Source: Terriglobia bacterium
GTDB taxonomy: Bacteria > Acidobacteriota > Terriglobia > Acidiferrales > UBA7541
Assembly (NCBI GenBank): GCA_963695545.1
Contig: OY968796.1
Coordinates: forward strand, 1,568,001-1,632,000
Reading direction: 5' to 3'
DNA length: 64,000 nucleotides
A program made the position numbers and the translations under genes. A model generated the notes under the pieces. That model did no database searches and was not told where the DNA came from. It saw only the letters and a program-made list of their open reading frames with translations. This document shows, one piece after another, positions 1 through 9,975 of the stretch. Position 1 is the stretch's first letter, and each line of letters opens with the position of its first letter.

Positions 1-1745
1 AGGAGCTCTTTCCCCAATACATGCGCGGCTACGGCGAGCTCCCCGAGCCGCTCGCGGCCGAATTAAACGGCATCGCCGGAGAATTGTTGGGGCTCGTGTC
101 CAAGTTGGATCGATACGTCGGCGCCGGCCTCGGCGAAGATCTAAAAGAGCGCCTCGAACGCCTCGAGAAAACCAGCGATGAATCCACCCTCCTGCGCAAG
201 ATTGAACGAATAGTTTCCGCTCGCGGCATGGTCGAGTATCGCCAAGCCATCTCGAATATCCTCGACCGCGCGGAGGACCAGACTTTCGAGGTAGCCGTTT
301 TCGGTCGCGTGAGTTCCGGAAAGTCTTCCCTGCTCAATGCCATCCTCGACACCGCGATTCTCCCCGTGGGCGTCACGCCGGTCACCGCCGTGCCCACGCG
401 AATCGTTTATGGCCCGCGCGCCTCTCTCACGGTGCGTTTTGCCGAGCGGCCCTCGCGGTCGCTCGATATCGCCCGACTGCCGGAATTCGCCACCGAGCAG
501 GGAAATCCCGGCAACCAGCGCCACGTCAGCCGGATCGTCGTCGAACTCCCCGCGGCGCGCCTCCAGAATGGCGTGAGCTTCGTCGATACGCCGGGCCTCG
601 GTTCCCTGGCCACAAGCGGCGCTGCCGAAACTCTGGCCTATTTGCCCAAGTGCGATCTTGGAGTTGTATTGATCGACGCGGGCTCGAGTCTGACGCCCGG
701 TGACATCCACACCATCGACGCGCTTCAGCAAGCGGCAATTCCCGCCGCGGTGCTGCTCAGCAAGGCGGACTTGCTGAGCGACGCGGATCGCGCGCGCATG
801 GTCGCCTATATCTCCGAACAGTTGTCCACAGAGTGTCACGCGGAGCTAGCCGCGCACCCCGTCAGCGCGCTCCCTTCTCATCGCGAAATGCTCGATGTTT
901 GGTTTCGCGCCGAGATTCTGCCGCTCTATGAACGCAGCCAGGAATTGCGCGCTGCATCCTTGAAACGAAAAGTCGGAGCGCTGCGCGATGCCGTCGCGTC
1001 TTCTCTTGCCGCGCGTCTCGGTCCTGGTTCAGGCGCGGCGATCCCGCCCGTGGAAAAACTTCGCGCGGCGGAGTCGCGCCTTCGCGCAGCGCACGGCGCA
1101 ATTGAAGCCATGGCGCGAGCTGTCGATCAGGAAACCGAAAGCATGCCTTCGCAGATTCAAGAGCCAATCGAAGCGGCCGCAGCCGAACTCATCGAATTGT
1201 GGCGCGGAGCGAAGGACTCGCTCGCCTCTCCTGGCGCGGTTGCGCGCGGTGCGATCGTCCGTGCAATTCAATCCCGCGTCCAGCGCATGCGCAAACAGAT
1301 GGAGTCGCTGGCGGAAAGCTTGTGGCGAGAGCTCGATGCGTCCGCCGAAGCGCTGGAAATTCCCGACAAGCCGAGCCGCGAGGAATTCGCATCCCTCGTT
1401 CGGGAATTGCCGGTTTTTGACGCTCCCGTGACGATCGCGAACTTGCGATTGCGCAAACCGGCGAGTCTCACGCTCCTCGGCAAACGAGTCGCGCGGGAAA
1501 TGCTGCGGCGTAAGCTGATGCGGGATCTCGCTTCATCGCTGGCCGTCGCGGTCCAAACCTACGCGGGATTGCTGCGCAAGTCGGCGCTGGCCGTCTTACA
1601 GCACCTGCGCGCGCATTTTGAATCCTATGCTGATAGCTACCGCGCCCAGGCCGCCGCGTATCAGGATGGCCACGCCCTCACCGGCGCGGAAATCGATGCC
1701 ATTCGCTCCGATCTCGAGTCGCTCGGCGTACACATGCATCCGTAA
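1..1745 (+). CDS. Bacterial dynamin-like GTPase, 5' end probably outside the window
   Basis: G1 GRVSSGKSS, G2 PVTAVP, G3 DTPG, G4 SKAD, long helical C-terminus; frame is open from position 3 (ELFPQY) into the ATG at 21. Confidence 0.85.
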   Translation, partial: ELFPQYMRGYGELPEPLAAELNGIAGELLGLVSKLDRYVGAGLGEDLKERLERLEKTSDESTLLRKIERIVSARGMVEYRQAISNILDRAEDQTFEVAVFGRVSSGKSSLLNAILDTAILPVGVTPVTAVPTRIVYGPRASLTVRFAERPSRSLDIARLPEFATEQGNPGNQRHVSRIVVELPAARLQNGVSFVDTPGLGSLATSGAAETLAYLPKCDLGVVLIDAGSSLTPGDIHTIDALQQAAIPAAVLLSKADLLSDADRARMVAYISEQLSTECHAELAAHPVSALPSHREMLDVWFRAEILPLYERSQELRAASLKRKVGALRDAVASSLAARLGPGSGAAIPPVEKLRAAESRLRAAHGAIEAMARAVDQETESMPSQIQEPIEAAAAELIELWRGAKDSLASPGAVARGAIVRAIQSRVQRMRKQMESLAESLWRELDASAEALEIPDKPSREEFASLVRELPVFDAPVTIANLRLRKPASLTLLGKRVAREMLRRKLMRDLASSLAVAVQTYAGLLRKSALAVLQHLRAHFESYADSYRAQAAAYQDGHALTGAEIDAIRSDLESLGVHMHP

Positions 1746-1813
1746 CGCGCACGATCGCAGCGGACACCGCGCACGCGGTCGCCGCGATTTCTGATCGCGT
1801 CACGCAAGCGAAC

Positions 1814-2644
1814 ATGAAAACAGAAACGCGCGCAGCTCTCCCGGATCTGATCGGCAGAAATAGTGAACTTCGCCGTGTCCGCGCTGCCGTCCGCGCGAGA
1901 GAAAGTTTCCTGATCTGGGGTCCCGCGGACGCCGGAAAGACCGCTCTCGTGAAAAAGGCCATCTCGGAAGTCCCGGAGAGAGAGCGCCAGGGATGCATTT
2001 ATTGGAGCGGTGCGGCGAGCGTCCGCCAGTTGGCCGAGGAACTTCTGCGGCGTTTCTACGCCGCCGGGGATCCGTGCGTGCACAAGAAAGTACCCGAAGA
2101 CCGAAGCGGTCGCGAAACATCGGCCGACTCTTGGTTTCGGGATCGGTCGAGCGGACAGCTCAAAGCTCTCTTCTATCTCGCCGCCGCGAAGAGCCGCTAC
2201 GCGATTTTCCTGGATCACATGCCGCCCGCCACGCAACCCATGGCGCGTTTCCTGAAGCAGATCATCTGGAGATGCCACACCCCCGTCTATTTGCTCGCCC
2301 CAGGCTGTGATCGCGAGGATATCGGCCACGCGTGGAGCATTTACTTCGCCGAGCAATACCACATCGCAATCGGTCCTCTGTCTCCGGCGTTCGCCCGCGA
2401 ATTGCTCGAGCGATCCATCCGCCGTTTCGCCTTGGACCGATTTGATCTCTCCGGTTTTCGCGACGACATTCTGCGCATGAGCGGCCATCTCCCCGGCAGC
2501 CTCGTCAAAATGTGTGAATTGGCCGCCCAGCCCCGTTACCACTATGGAGACCAAATCAAAGTCAATCTCGTCCACGTCGACTATCTAATGCGCCGCGATC
2601 CTCTCGCCTCTCACCGCGCAGCCTTTACATCCGGCACATTCTGA
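1814..2644 (+). CDS. P-loop/AAA-type ATP-binding protein
   Basis: LIGR...GPADAGKT Walker A and IFLDH Walker B-like motif. Confidence 0.7.
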   Translation: MKTETRAALPDLIGRNSELRRVRAAVRARESFLIWGPADAGKTALVKKAISEVPERERQGCIYWSGAASVRQLAEELLRRFYAAGDPCVHKKVPEDRSGRETSADSWFRDRSSGQLKALFYLAAAKSRYAIFLDHMPPATQPMARFLKQIIWRCHTPVYLLAPGCDREDIGHAWSIYFAEQYHIAIGPLSPAFARELLERSIRRFALDRFDLSGFRDDILRMSGHLPGSLVKMCELAAQPRYHYGDQIKVNLVHVDYLMRRDPLASHRAAFTSGTF

Positions 2645-2685
2645 GTCACGCTGCATACGACCAGCAGGAGTGGCTAAAATCATGA
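2623..2685 (+). pseudogene. higB: 3' remnant of a HigB-type toxin gene
   Basis: Alternative frame reads LYIRHILSHAAYDQQEWLKS*, matching the HigB C-terminal pattern (YIRxILTHxEYD..W); its TGA overlaps the higA ATG (ATGA). Confidence 0.7.
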
Positions 2686-3068
2686 TTGCAGTGCCCGAAA
2701 AATACGCGCTCGAAGTCGGCTCCCCCACGCCGATCAAATCCGAGCACCAACATGACCAATTCCTTTCCGTCTTGGACAAGCTGGCCGGCAAGGAACGTCC
2801 AACGCCTGAAGAAGTGAAATATGCCGAAGTCTTGATCACACTGATCGAAGCGTATGAAGAAGAGCGTTACGCCATTCCCGAAGCTCCCCCGATCGAAATC
2901 CTCCGCGCATTGATGTCCGCCAACGATCTCCGTCAAAAAGACCTCGTCCCGATCTTCGGCTCCGAAAGCATCGTATCCGAAATCCTCCACAAGAAACGCG
3001 ACCTCAACAAATCCCATATCTCCAAATTGAGCAAGCGATTCCAGATTTCTCCCGCCGCGTTTTTCTAA
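2682..3068 (+). CDS. higA: HigA-family HTH antitoxin
   Basis: LIEAYEEERY..P.PIEILRALM..NDLRQKDL..IFGSESIVSEIL..KRDL..HI.KL..RF pattern. Confidence 0.85.
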   Translation: MIAVPEKYALEVGSPTPIKSEHQHDQFLSVLDKLAGKERPTPEEVKYAEVLITLIEAYEEERYAIPEAPPIEILRALMSANDLRQKDLVPIFGSESIVSEILHKKRDLNKSHISKLSKRFQISPAAFF

Positions 3069-3084
3069 ATTCGCGGCCCGTCCT

Positions 3085-3470
3085 CCGCAATTCGAATGAA
3101 TTTCCACAGCCTATTCGAATAACCCACACGTTATCATTGACATCCGCGCCATAACTGTGTTATCCTTCCGCATGACCCACGAACACACGCCCGCGCCGTC
3201 CAGCGTAACGTCTCGCCTAAGCGCACCCCGCGATCCCGCCGCCTCCGGATTCGCCCCACCCCGCCTTTTCCCATCGCACAATTTGCATTCTTCTGCACAA
3301 AATAGCCCCTCCAACCCATTTATTTTCAGTCGATTGCAAATGAGTGCGCATCTCATTGATACAACTCAATATCAACACATTTATTTTCACACTCATCCGC
3401 ACTCTTTCGCTGGAAGTCCCTTATTTACATCATTTTACGTATTTCATACCGGGGGTATATATACCCCAAG
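3085..3470 (+). repeat. AT-rich intergenic element, copy A
   Basis: Shares a 28-nt block and a TTGAC..ACTGTG.TATCCT..CATGA block with 38403-38496; ends in the 16-bp palindrome GGGGTATATATACCCC (3452-3467). Confidence 0.6.
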
Positions 3471-3517
3471 CAACTCCTCTGCGGCGCCCGCGCCCTTCGG
3501 AGCTACAATAGGACCCT

Positions 3518-5749
3518 ATGTCGTCGCTTGAACAGCCTCGCGGAGTGCCCGGCCCGGTTGCCAGCGGCGGAACCCGTGCCGATTGGGCACTGCAAGCTCG
3601 CTTCGCCGAGCTTCTGGCCAAGGTGCGCCAAAACCGTCCCTCCGACGACACCGAACAATTGCGCCGCGCCTACGAATTCGCCGCCGAACAGCACAAAGGC
3701 CAAATGCGCAAATCCGGCGCACCCTACCTTTCGCATCCGCTTGAGGTCGCGCATATCCTCGCCGATATGAAGCTCGACACCACCACTCTCTGCGCGGCCC
3801 TGCTCCACGACGTCGTCGAGGACACGCGCGTTCCCATCAGCGAGATCACCGAGCGTTTCGGCGAAGACACCGCTCGCCTCGTCGAAGGCGTAACCAAAAT
3901 CGGACGCCTCGGCCAAATCGCACCTGAAGCCCGTCAGGCCGAAAATCTGCGCAAGATGTTGCTCGCCATGGTCGTCGATATCCGCGTGGTCGTCGTCAAG
4001 ATGGCCGATCGGCTCCACAACATGCGCACGCTCAGTTATCTTCCGCCCGAGCGGCAGGAATATATCGCGCGCGAAACTCTCGACCTCTACGCCCCCATCG
4101 CCCACCGCCTGGGCATGGGCTTGATGCGCGGCGAACTCGAAGATCTCGCCTTCAGTTATCTCGAGCCCACCGCGTTTCTCGAGCTCAAGAAAACTCTCGA
4201 AGCGCGCAGCAAGCCGTTCGAGCGTTTCCTCGCCGAGACGCAAGACGCCATCGGCAAGCGTCTGGTTGAAAACAGCATTCCCGCCGAAGTCGAAGGCCGC
4301 ATCAAGCGCCTCTATTCGATTCGCCAGAAAGCTCAGCGCCAGCAGCGCAGCCTCGACCAGATTTACGACCTGCTGGCCGTGCGCGTGATCACTGATTCCG
4401 TGCGCAATTGCTACGCGGCGCTCGGCGTGATTCACCAGATGTGGCGCCCCGTGCCCGGCCGATTCAAAGACTACATCGCCATGCCGCGCCCCAATCTTTA
4501 TCAGTCGCTGCACACCACCGTGATCCACGCGGGCCAGGCCTTCGAGGTCCAAATCCGCACGCAGGAAATGCATCGCATCGCCGAGCAGGGCGTCGCCGCG
4601 CACTGGAAGTACAAGGACGGCCGCCAGATCGCCGACGCCGACGACCAGCGCATCGTCTGGATGCGCCAATTGATCGAATGGGCCCGCGAGATGGAGGAGC
4701 CCTCCGAATTTCTTTCCACGCTCAAGGTCGATCTCTATCCCGAAGAGGTCTACACCTTCACGCCCAAAGGACGCGTCCTCGCCCTGCCGCGCGGCGCCAC
4801 GCCCGTCGATTTCGCTTACGCCGTGCACACCGAAGTCGGTCACACCTGCGTCGGCGCGAAAGTGAACGGTCAGATCGTTCCGCTGCGCCATCGCCTTTCC
4901 AATGGCGACGTCGTCGAAGTCATGACCCAAAAAGGCCACGCGCCCAGCCGCGATTGGCTCAATTTCGTGCGCACCTCCCGCGCGCGCAGCAAGATTCGCC
5001 AGTGGATCAATCTCAACGAGCGGCATCAAGCCACCGAAGTCGGCCGTCGCCTGCTCGAGCGCGAAGCCCGCCATCTCGGTGTGAGCCTCAAGAAAATTCC
5101 CGAAGAAGATTTGTTGCGCGTCGCCTCCGAACACGGCTGCTCCCGGCTTGACGATCTTCTCGCCGGCCTCGGCTACGGAAGGTATTCCGCGCGCCAAATC
5201 CTCACCAAAGCCGCCGGCGCCTCGCTACCCGAAGGCGCGCCGCCGGAGCGCGGCGCTGAAAAGCCCGTGCCCGCGGGACCGAAACGCGCTGTCGAAGGCC
5301 AGGAACCCGTCGTACTCGTGCGTGGACAGGACGACTTGATGGTTTTTCGCGCCAAGTGTTGCAGCCCGATTCCCGGCGATGAAATCGTCGGCTACGTCAC
5401 GCGCGGCCGCGGCGTCGCCGTGCACTCCACGCGCTGTCCCAACGTTCAGAATCTGCTTTACCAATCCGAACGCCGTATCGCCGTCCAATGGGCCGGCGAA
5501 GCCGAATCGCAATTCCCGGTCACAATTTTGATCCGCGCGCTCGATCGCTCCGGCTTGCTCGCCGATATCACCAGCGTGATCAGCGGCGCCGGCTCGAACA
5601 TCAAAGCGCTCGAAAGCCGCCCAGATCAATTGAATGCTCGCGTCGAAGCCACGCTCGAAATTGTTGACAACAAGCAGCTCGAAGGCATCCTGGCCGAGAT
5701 CAAAAAAATCTCCGGCGTTTACGACGTCGAACGCGTCTACAAAGTTTGA
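3518..5749 (+). CDS. relA: Bifunctional (p)ppGpp synthetase/hydrolase
   Basis: HDVVED hydrolase motif, ADRLHNMRTL, YQSLHT, EVQIRT, TGS domain (FTPKG..PVDFAY), CCSPIPGD, C-terminal ACT. Confidence 0.97.
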   Translation: MSSLEQPRGVPGPVASGGTRADWALQARFAELLAKVRQNRPSDDTEQLRRAYEFAAEQHKGQMRKSGAPYLSHPLEVAHILADMKLDTTTLCAALLHDVVEDTRVPISEITERFGEDTARLVEGVTKIGRLGQIAPEARQAENLRKMLLAMVVDIRVVVVKMADRLHNMRTLSYLPPERQEYIARETLDLYAPIAHRLGMGLMRGELEDLAFSYLEPTAFLELKKTLEARSKPFERFLAETQDAIGKRLVENSIPAEVEGRIKRLYSIRQKAQRQQRSLDQIYDLLAVRVITDSVRNCYAALGVIHQMWRPVPGRFKDYIAMPRPNLYQSLHTTVIHAGQAFEVQIRTQEMHRIAEQGVAAHWKYKDGRQIADADDQRIVWMRQLIEWAREMEEPSEFLSTLKVDLYPEEVYTFTPKGRVLALPRGATPVDFAYAVHTEVGHTCVGAKVNGQIVPLRHRLSNGDVVEVMTQKGHAPSRDWLNFVRTSRARSKIRQWINLNERHQATEVGRRLLEREARHLGVSLKKIPEEDLLRVASEHGCSRLDDLLAGLGYGRYSARQILTKAAGASLPEGAPPERGAEKPVPAGPKRAVEGQEPVVLVRGQDDLMVFRAKCCSPIPGDEIVGYVTRGRGVAVHSTRCPNVQNLLYQSERRIAVQWAGEAESQFPVTILIRALDRSGLLADITSVISGAGSNIKALESRPDQLNARVEATLEIVDNKQLEGILAEIKKISGVYDVERVYKV

Positions 5750-5766
5750 GCAGTTAGAATGACTCT

Positions 5767-6405
5767 ATGTTCTTCGCGCTCTTTCGGTCTCCGGCTCGTG
5801 GTCGGCTCCTCGCTGCGACTTTCGCATGCGCGCTCGCCGCAGCCTCCGTCCTCGGTGGATGCAAGCGCTCCCAGCCGGCCGAAGAGGAAGCGCCGATCGA
5901 TCAGGCCACGATTCCTTTCTCAAATGCCGACCAACTCCGTCCGCTGAACCCAACTCAATACGAAGTGCTGCAACTCGCCGAAGTGAAGCAGGCCGGTCTC
6001 TCCGATTCAGCCTGCCTCGAGTTGATTCAACTCGCCCGGAAATCGGGCCAGCCATTTTCCGACGGCGATTCAATCGCGCAATTGCTCGGCGCCGGTGAAA
6101 GCCCGGACATGGTTCTCCAGCTCGCGCGCATGGGCGAGCTCGGCGTGTGGTCGGGCCAGGTCCTCGCCATGCATCTCGCGAACATTCCTGACTCCATCAT
6201 CCTCGACGTCGCGCGCCGCCGCGCCGCCGGAGAGCCGTCGCTCTCCGGCGACATGATTGCCCAGTTGCGCGATGCCGGATACACGCAAGCGCAAATCACG
6301 GAGCTGCTGGACAAGGGCACAACCGACCCCGAAGCCCAGAAGATTCTCGATTACCATCACCGCGCCACGGCCCAATTCGTCAGGAACTCTCGCCGCAGGC
6401 ACTGA
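5767..6405 (+). CDS. Hypothetical lipoprotein
   Basis: Signal peptide with LGGC lipobox; repeated helical units (AGLSD, AGESP, ANIPD, AGYTQ). Confidence 0.65.
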   Translation: MFFALFRSPARGRLLAATFACALAAASVLGGCKRSQPAEEEAPIDQATIPFSNADQLRPLNPTQYEVLQLAEVKQAGLSDSACLELIQLARKSGQPFSDGDSIAQLLGAGESPDMVLQLARMGELGVWSGQVLAMHLANIPDSIILDVARRRAAGEPSLSGDMIAQLRDAGYTQAQITELLDKGTTDPEAQKILDYHHRATAQFVRNSRRRH

Positions 6406-7910
6406 TGAACGCCAGAACTTTGCGCCGCTCGCGCCGTCTTCTTTGTTTTTTGCTCGTGATGCCCGCTGCGGCGGGCTTGACGAGTTGCGCCGTGCCGCTC
6501 GGCGCCGGGTTCCATCTGGATGCGCGCGAAATTCAAGTTCGTTCGCAGCCTTCCGATCCGCCGGTGCTGCATGTTCTCGTCAGCGACCGCTTGGCAAACG
6601 TCGGCAATCGCCCGCTTGATTCGCTGATTATCGAAATGCCCTCCGGATCGACGTTCGGTCTAAGTAATCTGCGCGCCACCGTCGACGGCGAAGACGCCGA
6701 GCCCGTTTTGCTACCGGCCGCCGCGGCGCAGTTGTATCGCGTTCCTTTCGATCCCGCGTGGCCGGATGGCGCACCGAGCCGAATGCACAGCGTCGTTTTG
6801 GAATATGATCTCGCGCCGGCCGCCGGTGGACGCGGCACGATGGGTTTGGCCACGGAAAGTTTTCACGTGGCCGATCACTCGGCGTTTCCTCTTTGGCAGG
6901 TGCCACCCGGAGTTTTCTCGAAGGGCAATCCCGATGCGCACAACACGATTCTGCGCGTTTTGGCTCCTGCGGATGATCTCGTTGCGGCTTCGGGCGCCGA
7001 GGTCGGCAATCGGCATCCGAAACAGGAAGCCGATCGTGTGTTTCGCATCGCGCGCGGCGATCCGTATCCGTTTGTGGTGGCCGGCCAGTATCAGGAGAAG
7101 CAGATTGACGCATCCGGACGCAGCGTAGTTTTTTGGACGCTCGCGACGTTGGACGCAGACGCTGCGCAGCCACTGGCCTCGCGGCTCGCGATTGCGCGCG
7201 GCGCATACGAAAAGTTTTTCGGCCGCGGCCCGGGCAAAGTAGATGCGACGCTTCGCGTCGTCGAAACCCAGGAATCCATTCCGGCGGAATTCGGCGCGAG
7301 CGACGATCCGGGCGGCGCGTCATTTCCCGGTGGCGTCCTGCTCGATTCGCGTGCCTTCGCGGCAGGGCTTTCGAGCGAGCCGGTTCTCGAACTCGCCGAA
7401 TACGAACTGGCGCGCTCATGGTTCGGCTGGATCGTGCGCCCCAATCCCGCCGCGCAGATTCTAATGGGACGCGGCGCCGGCCTTTATGCCGTCACACTGG
7501 CGGCGCGCGCGCGCGGCGGTGAGTCCGAGCGCGACGCCGCGGTCGCGGATTTGGTGCGGCGTTACCAGAACGCGCGGCAGCGCGCGGCGGACCGCCCGTT
7601 GCTTGAGCCGGCGACGGGATATCCGCACGAGCAACGCGTCGCCAGCGGCTACAAGGCCGCGCTGTTTTTCGTCGCGCTTGAGGAGCGCGCTGGAACCGAT
7701 CCGATGCGCCGCGCGATGCATCGCGTGGTTCACGACATGGCCGGCAAAGAAGTCGGCGCCAACGAATTGCGTTCGGCGGTGGAGGCCGAAACGCACCAGA
7801 GCTTCGCGGAATTTTTCCGCACATGGCTCAACCAGCCGGGAATACCGGCGGCATTTTTGGCGGCGCATCAGGCGGGTGCTTCCGCGACGGTTGCACCGCG
7901 CGGGCGCTGA
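6405..7910 (+). CDS. M1 aminopeptidase-fold lipoprotein with degenerate active site
   Basis: LTSC lipobox; YELARSWFG in place of HELAHQWFG; M1-like C-terminus FFRTWLNQPGIP. Confidence 0.75.
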   Translation: MNARTLRRSRRLLCFLLVMPAAAGLTSCAVPLGAGFHLDAREIQVRSQPSDPPVLHVLVSDRLANVGNRPLDSLIIEMPSGSTFGLSNLRATVDGEDAEPVLLPAAAAQLYRVPFDPAWPDGAPSRMHSVVLEYDLAPAAGGRGTMGLATESFHVADHSAFPLWQVPPGVFSKGNPDAHNTILRVLAPADDLVAASGAEVGNRHPKQEADRVFRIARGDPYPFVVAGQYQEKQIDASGRSVVFWTLATLDADAAQPLASRLAIARGAYEKFFGRGPGKVDATLRVVETQESIPAEFGASDDPGGASFPGGVLLDSRAFAAGLSSEPVLELAEYELARSWFGWIVRPNPAAQILMGRGAGLYAVTLAARARGGESERDAAVADLVRRYQNARQRAADRPLLEPATGYPHEQRVASGYKAALFFVALEERAGTDPMRRAMHRVVHDMAGKEVGANELRSAVEAETHQSFAEFFRTWLNQPGIPAAFLAAHQAGASATVAPRGR

Positions 7911-8018
7911 GCCGCCGCGCGCAAACATCGTTCGCAAGATTTGCAATCGCACCGACGCGACGCGCAACAACATTCGTGGCAGCGCTAATGAGAGCGCTCG
8001 CGACAAACGGAGGTCATC

Positions 8019-8396
8019 GTGATCGAAGCTGTGGCGACTGAAGGCGCACCGAAAGCCATCGGTCCATATTCTCAGGGCATCAAGGCCAATGGCTTTGTTT
8101 TTGCCTCGGGACAAGTTGCGCTCGATCCGAGCACGCAACAACTGGTGCAGGGCGATGTCGCTGTTCAAACCGAGCGCGTGCTCGAAAATTTGAAAGCCGT
8201 CGTCGAGGCAGCCGGCTCGTCGCTCCACCGCACGGTGAAGACCACGGTGTACTTGGCGGATCTGAATGATTTCGCCAAAATGAACGAGGTCTACGCGCGC
8301 TATTTTGGAGAGCGGCCGCCGGCCCGCGCGACGGTCCAAGTGGCGCGTTTGCCGCGCGACGCCCGCGTCGAAATCGACTTGATTGCATTGGCGTAG
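8019..8396 (+). CDS. ridA: RidA/YjgF family enamine deaminase
   Basis: [31 protein letters not shown]. Confidence 0.95.
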   Translation: MIEAVATEGAPKAIGPYSQGIKANGFVFASGQVALDPSTQQLVQGDVAVQTERVLENLKAVVEAAGSSLHRTVKTTVYLADLNDFAKMNEVYARYFGERPPARATVQVARLPRDARVEIDLIALA

Positions 8397-8514
8397 AGCC
8401 CGCGGCGAGATGCGCTGCGCAGTTCGCGCTCGAAACACACCCGCGTCGCGCTTCGCTAGGCAGGCGCGCCGGGCTGATGCTAAAATCGGCGGCACGCGCA
8501 ATTCGCAAGACGAT

Positions 8515-8591
8515 GGGCCTGTAGCTCAGGTGGCTAGAGCGCACCCCTGATAAGGGTGAGGTCGGTGGTTCAAGTCCACCCAGGCCCACCA
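8515..8591 (+). tRNA. tRNA-Ile (GAT)
   Basis: GGGCCTGTAGCTCAG..., anticodon loop CTGATAA, GGTTCAAGTCC, encoded CCA. Confidence 0.97.
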
Positions 8592-8715
8592 TTCAATCGA
8601 GTGGTTTACAATCAGCTCCGCCGACTAAATGATCGAGGTAGAGGAAGCCGCGCGAATGGCTTCCATTGGCGAGATCACGTTATGATTCGCGCGCCGCGTC
8701 AGACCGGCTCGGGGG

Positions 8716-9822
8716 ATGGCCATGAAAAGAGTTTGGATCGCATTGGTCGCGCTTCTTGCGGCGGGCTCTGGTGTATCTGCCGCAGCGGGCGTGACGAAAA
8801 TCAAAAGTTTCGAGAACTGGCCCGCGGGAGCTTCGCCGCGGGAAATCGGCACGCGCGTCGCCGAGCGATTCATTGCCACTCCGCACGCGAAACTAGGCGG
8901 CGTGATGGCCGCGGGTAAAATTACATACCCGGAAGTTGTCACCTGGTATGGCGCGCTCACCTTTGCGCAACTCACGGGAAATAAAGATATGACGTCGAGC
9001 TTGACCGAGCGGTTCGCGCCGCTGTTTTCCACCGACGCCGCGATGATTCCCGATCCGGTTAATGTGGACTCCACGGTATTCGGCGCCGTTCCGTTTGAAC
9101 TTTATATCGAGACGCGAGACCCGCGGTATTTGGATCTCGGCAAGCATTTCGCCGATACACAATGGGAGAATCCAACGCCGGACGGGCTAAGCAGTCAATC
9201 GCGCTTTTGGATCGACGATATGTACATGATCACGCTCGTCGAGGTGCAGGCGTATCGCGCCACGCACGATGCGAAATATCTCGATCGCGCGGCGCTCGAG
9301 ATGAGCGCTTATCTCGATAAGCTGCAGCAACCCAACGGACTTTTTTATCACGCGCCGGACGTGCCATTTTTCTGGGGCCGAGGCGATGGCTGGGTGGCCG
9401 CGGGAATGGCGGAATTGCTGAGCTCGATGCCGGCGAATCATCCGCTGCGCCCCAAAATCATGGCGGGCTATCTTAAGATGATGGCCGCGCTGCTGAAATA
9501 TCAGGGCGCCGATGGATTGTGGAAGCAATTGCTCGATCATCCGGAGGCCTGGGATGAAACCTCCTGCAGCGGGATGTTCACCTTCGCGATGATCACCGGC
9601 GTGAAAAACGGATGGCTCAACAAGAAAATTTATGCGCCCGCGGCACGAAAAGGATGGCTTGGCCTGGTGAGCAAGATTGACGCAGATGGCGATATCAGCG
9701 ACGTCTGCGAAGGCACCAACAAGAAAAACGATCTCAATTACTATTTAACTCGCGCGCGCAAAACAGGGGATTTGCACGGCCAAGCGCCGATTTTATGGTG
9801 CGCCTCGGCGTTCTTGCGTTAA
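8716..9822 (+). CDS. Secreted GH105/GH88 unsaturated glycuronyl hydrolase
   Basis: Signal peptide; WIDDMYM, FWGRGDGW, ETSCSGMF motifs. Confidence 0.88.
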   Translation: MAMKRVWIALVALLAAGSGVSAAAGVTKIKSFENWPAGASPREIGTRVAERFIATPHAKLGGVMAAGKITYPEVVTWYGALTFAQLTGNKDMTSSLTERFAPLFSTDAAMIPDPVNVDSTVFGAVPFELYIETRDPRYLDLGKHFADTQWENPTPDGLSSQSRFWIDDMYMITLVEVQAYRATHDAKYLDRAALEMSAYLDKLQQPNGLFYHAPDVPFFWGRGDGWVAAGMAELLSSMPANHPLRPKIMAGYLKMMAALLKYQGADGLWKQLLDHPEAWDETSCSGMFTFAMITGVKNGWLNKKIYAPAARKGWLGLVSKIDADGDISDVCEGTNKKNDLNYYLTRARKTGDLHGQAPILWCASAFLR

Positions 9823-9975
9823 GCGCTGCGCGCAACGCGCGGTGCGAGGCTAGACGGATACGAAGCGATTTGCCGGGAGCGCCAGCGCCCGAGGAAGAAC
9901 AACGCTATTTCCTTCAATTCTTGCGGTCCTATAGAATGGCGCCGCTCGTCGGAAACCCATAAGGAGAACAACACC

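Noticed and set aside
3157..3531. 124-aa ORF (and 38493-38933) as real proteins
   Set aside because: Atypical composition, overlap with neighbouring genes, and no similarity between the two; treated as parts of the intergenic elements
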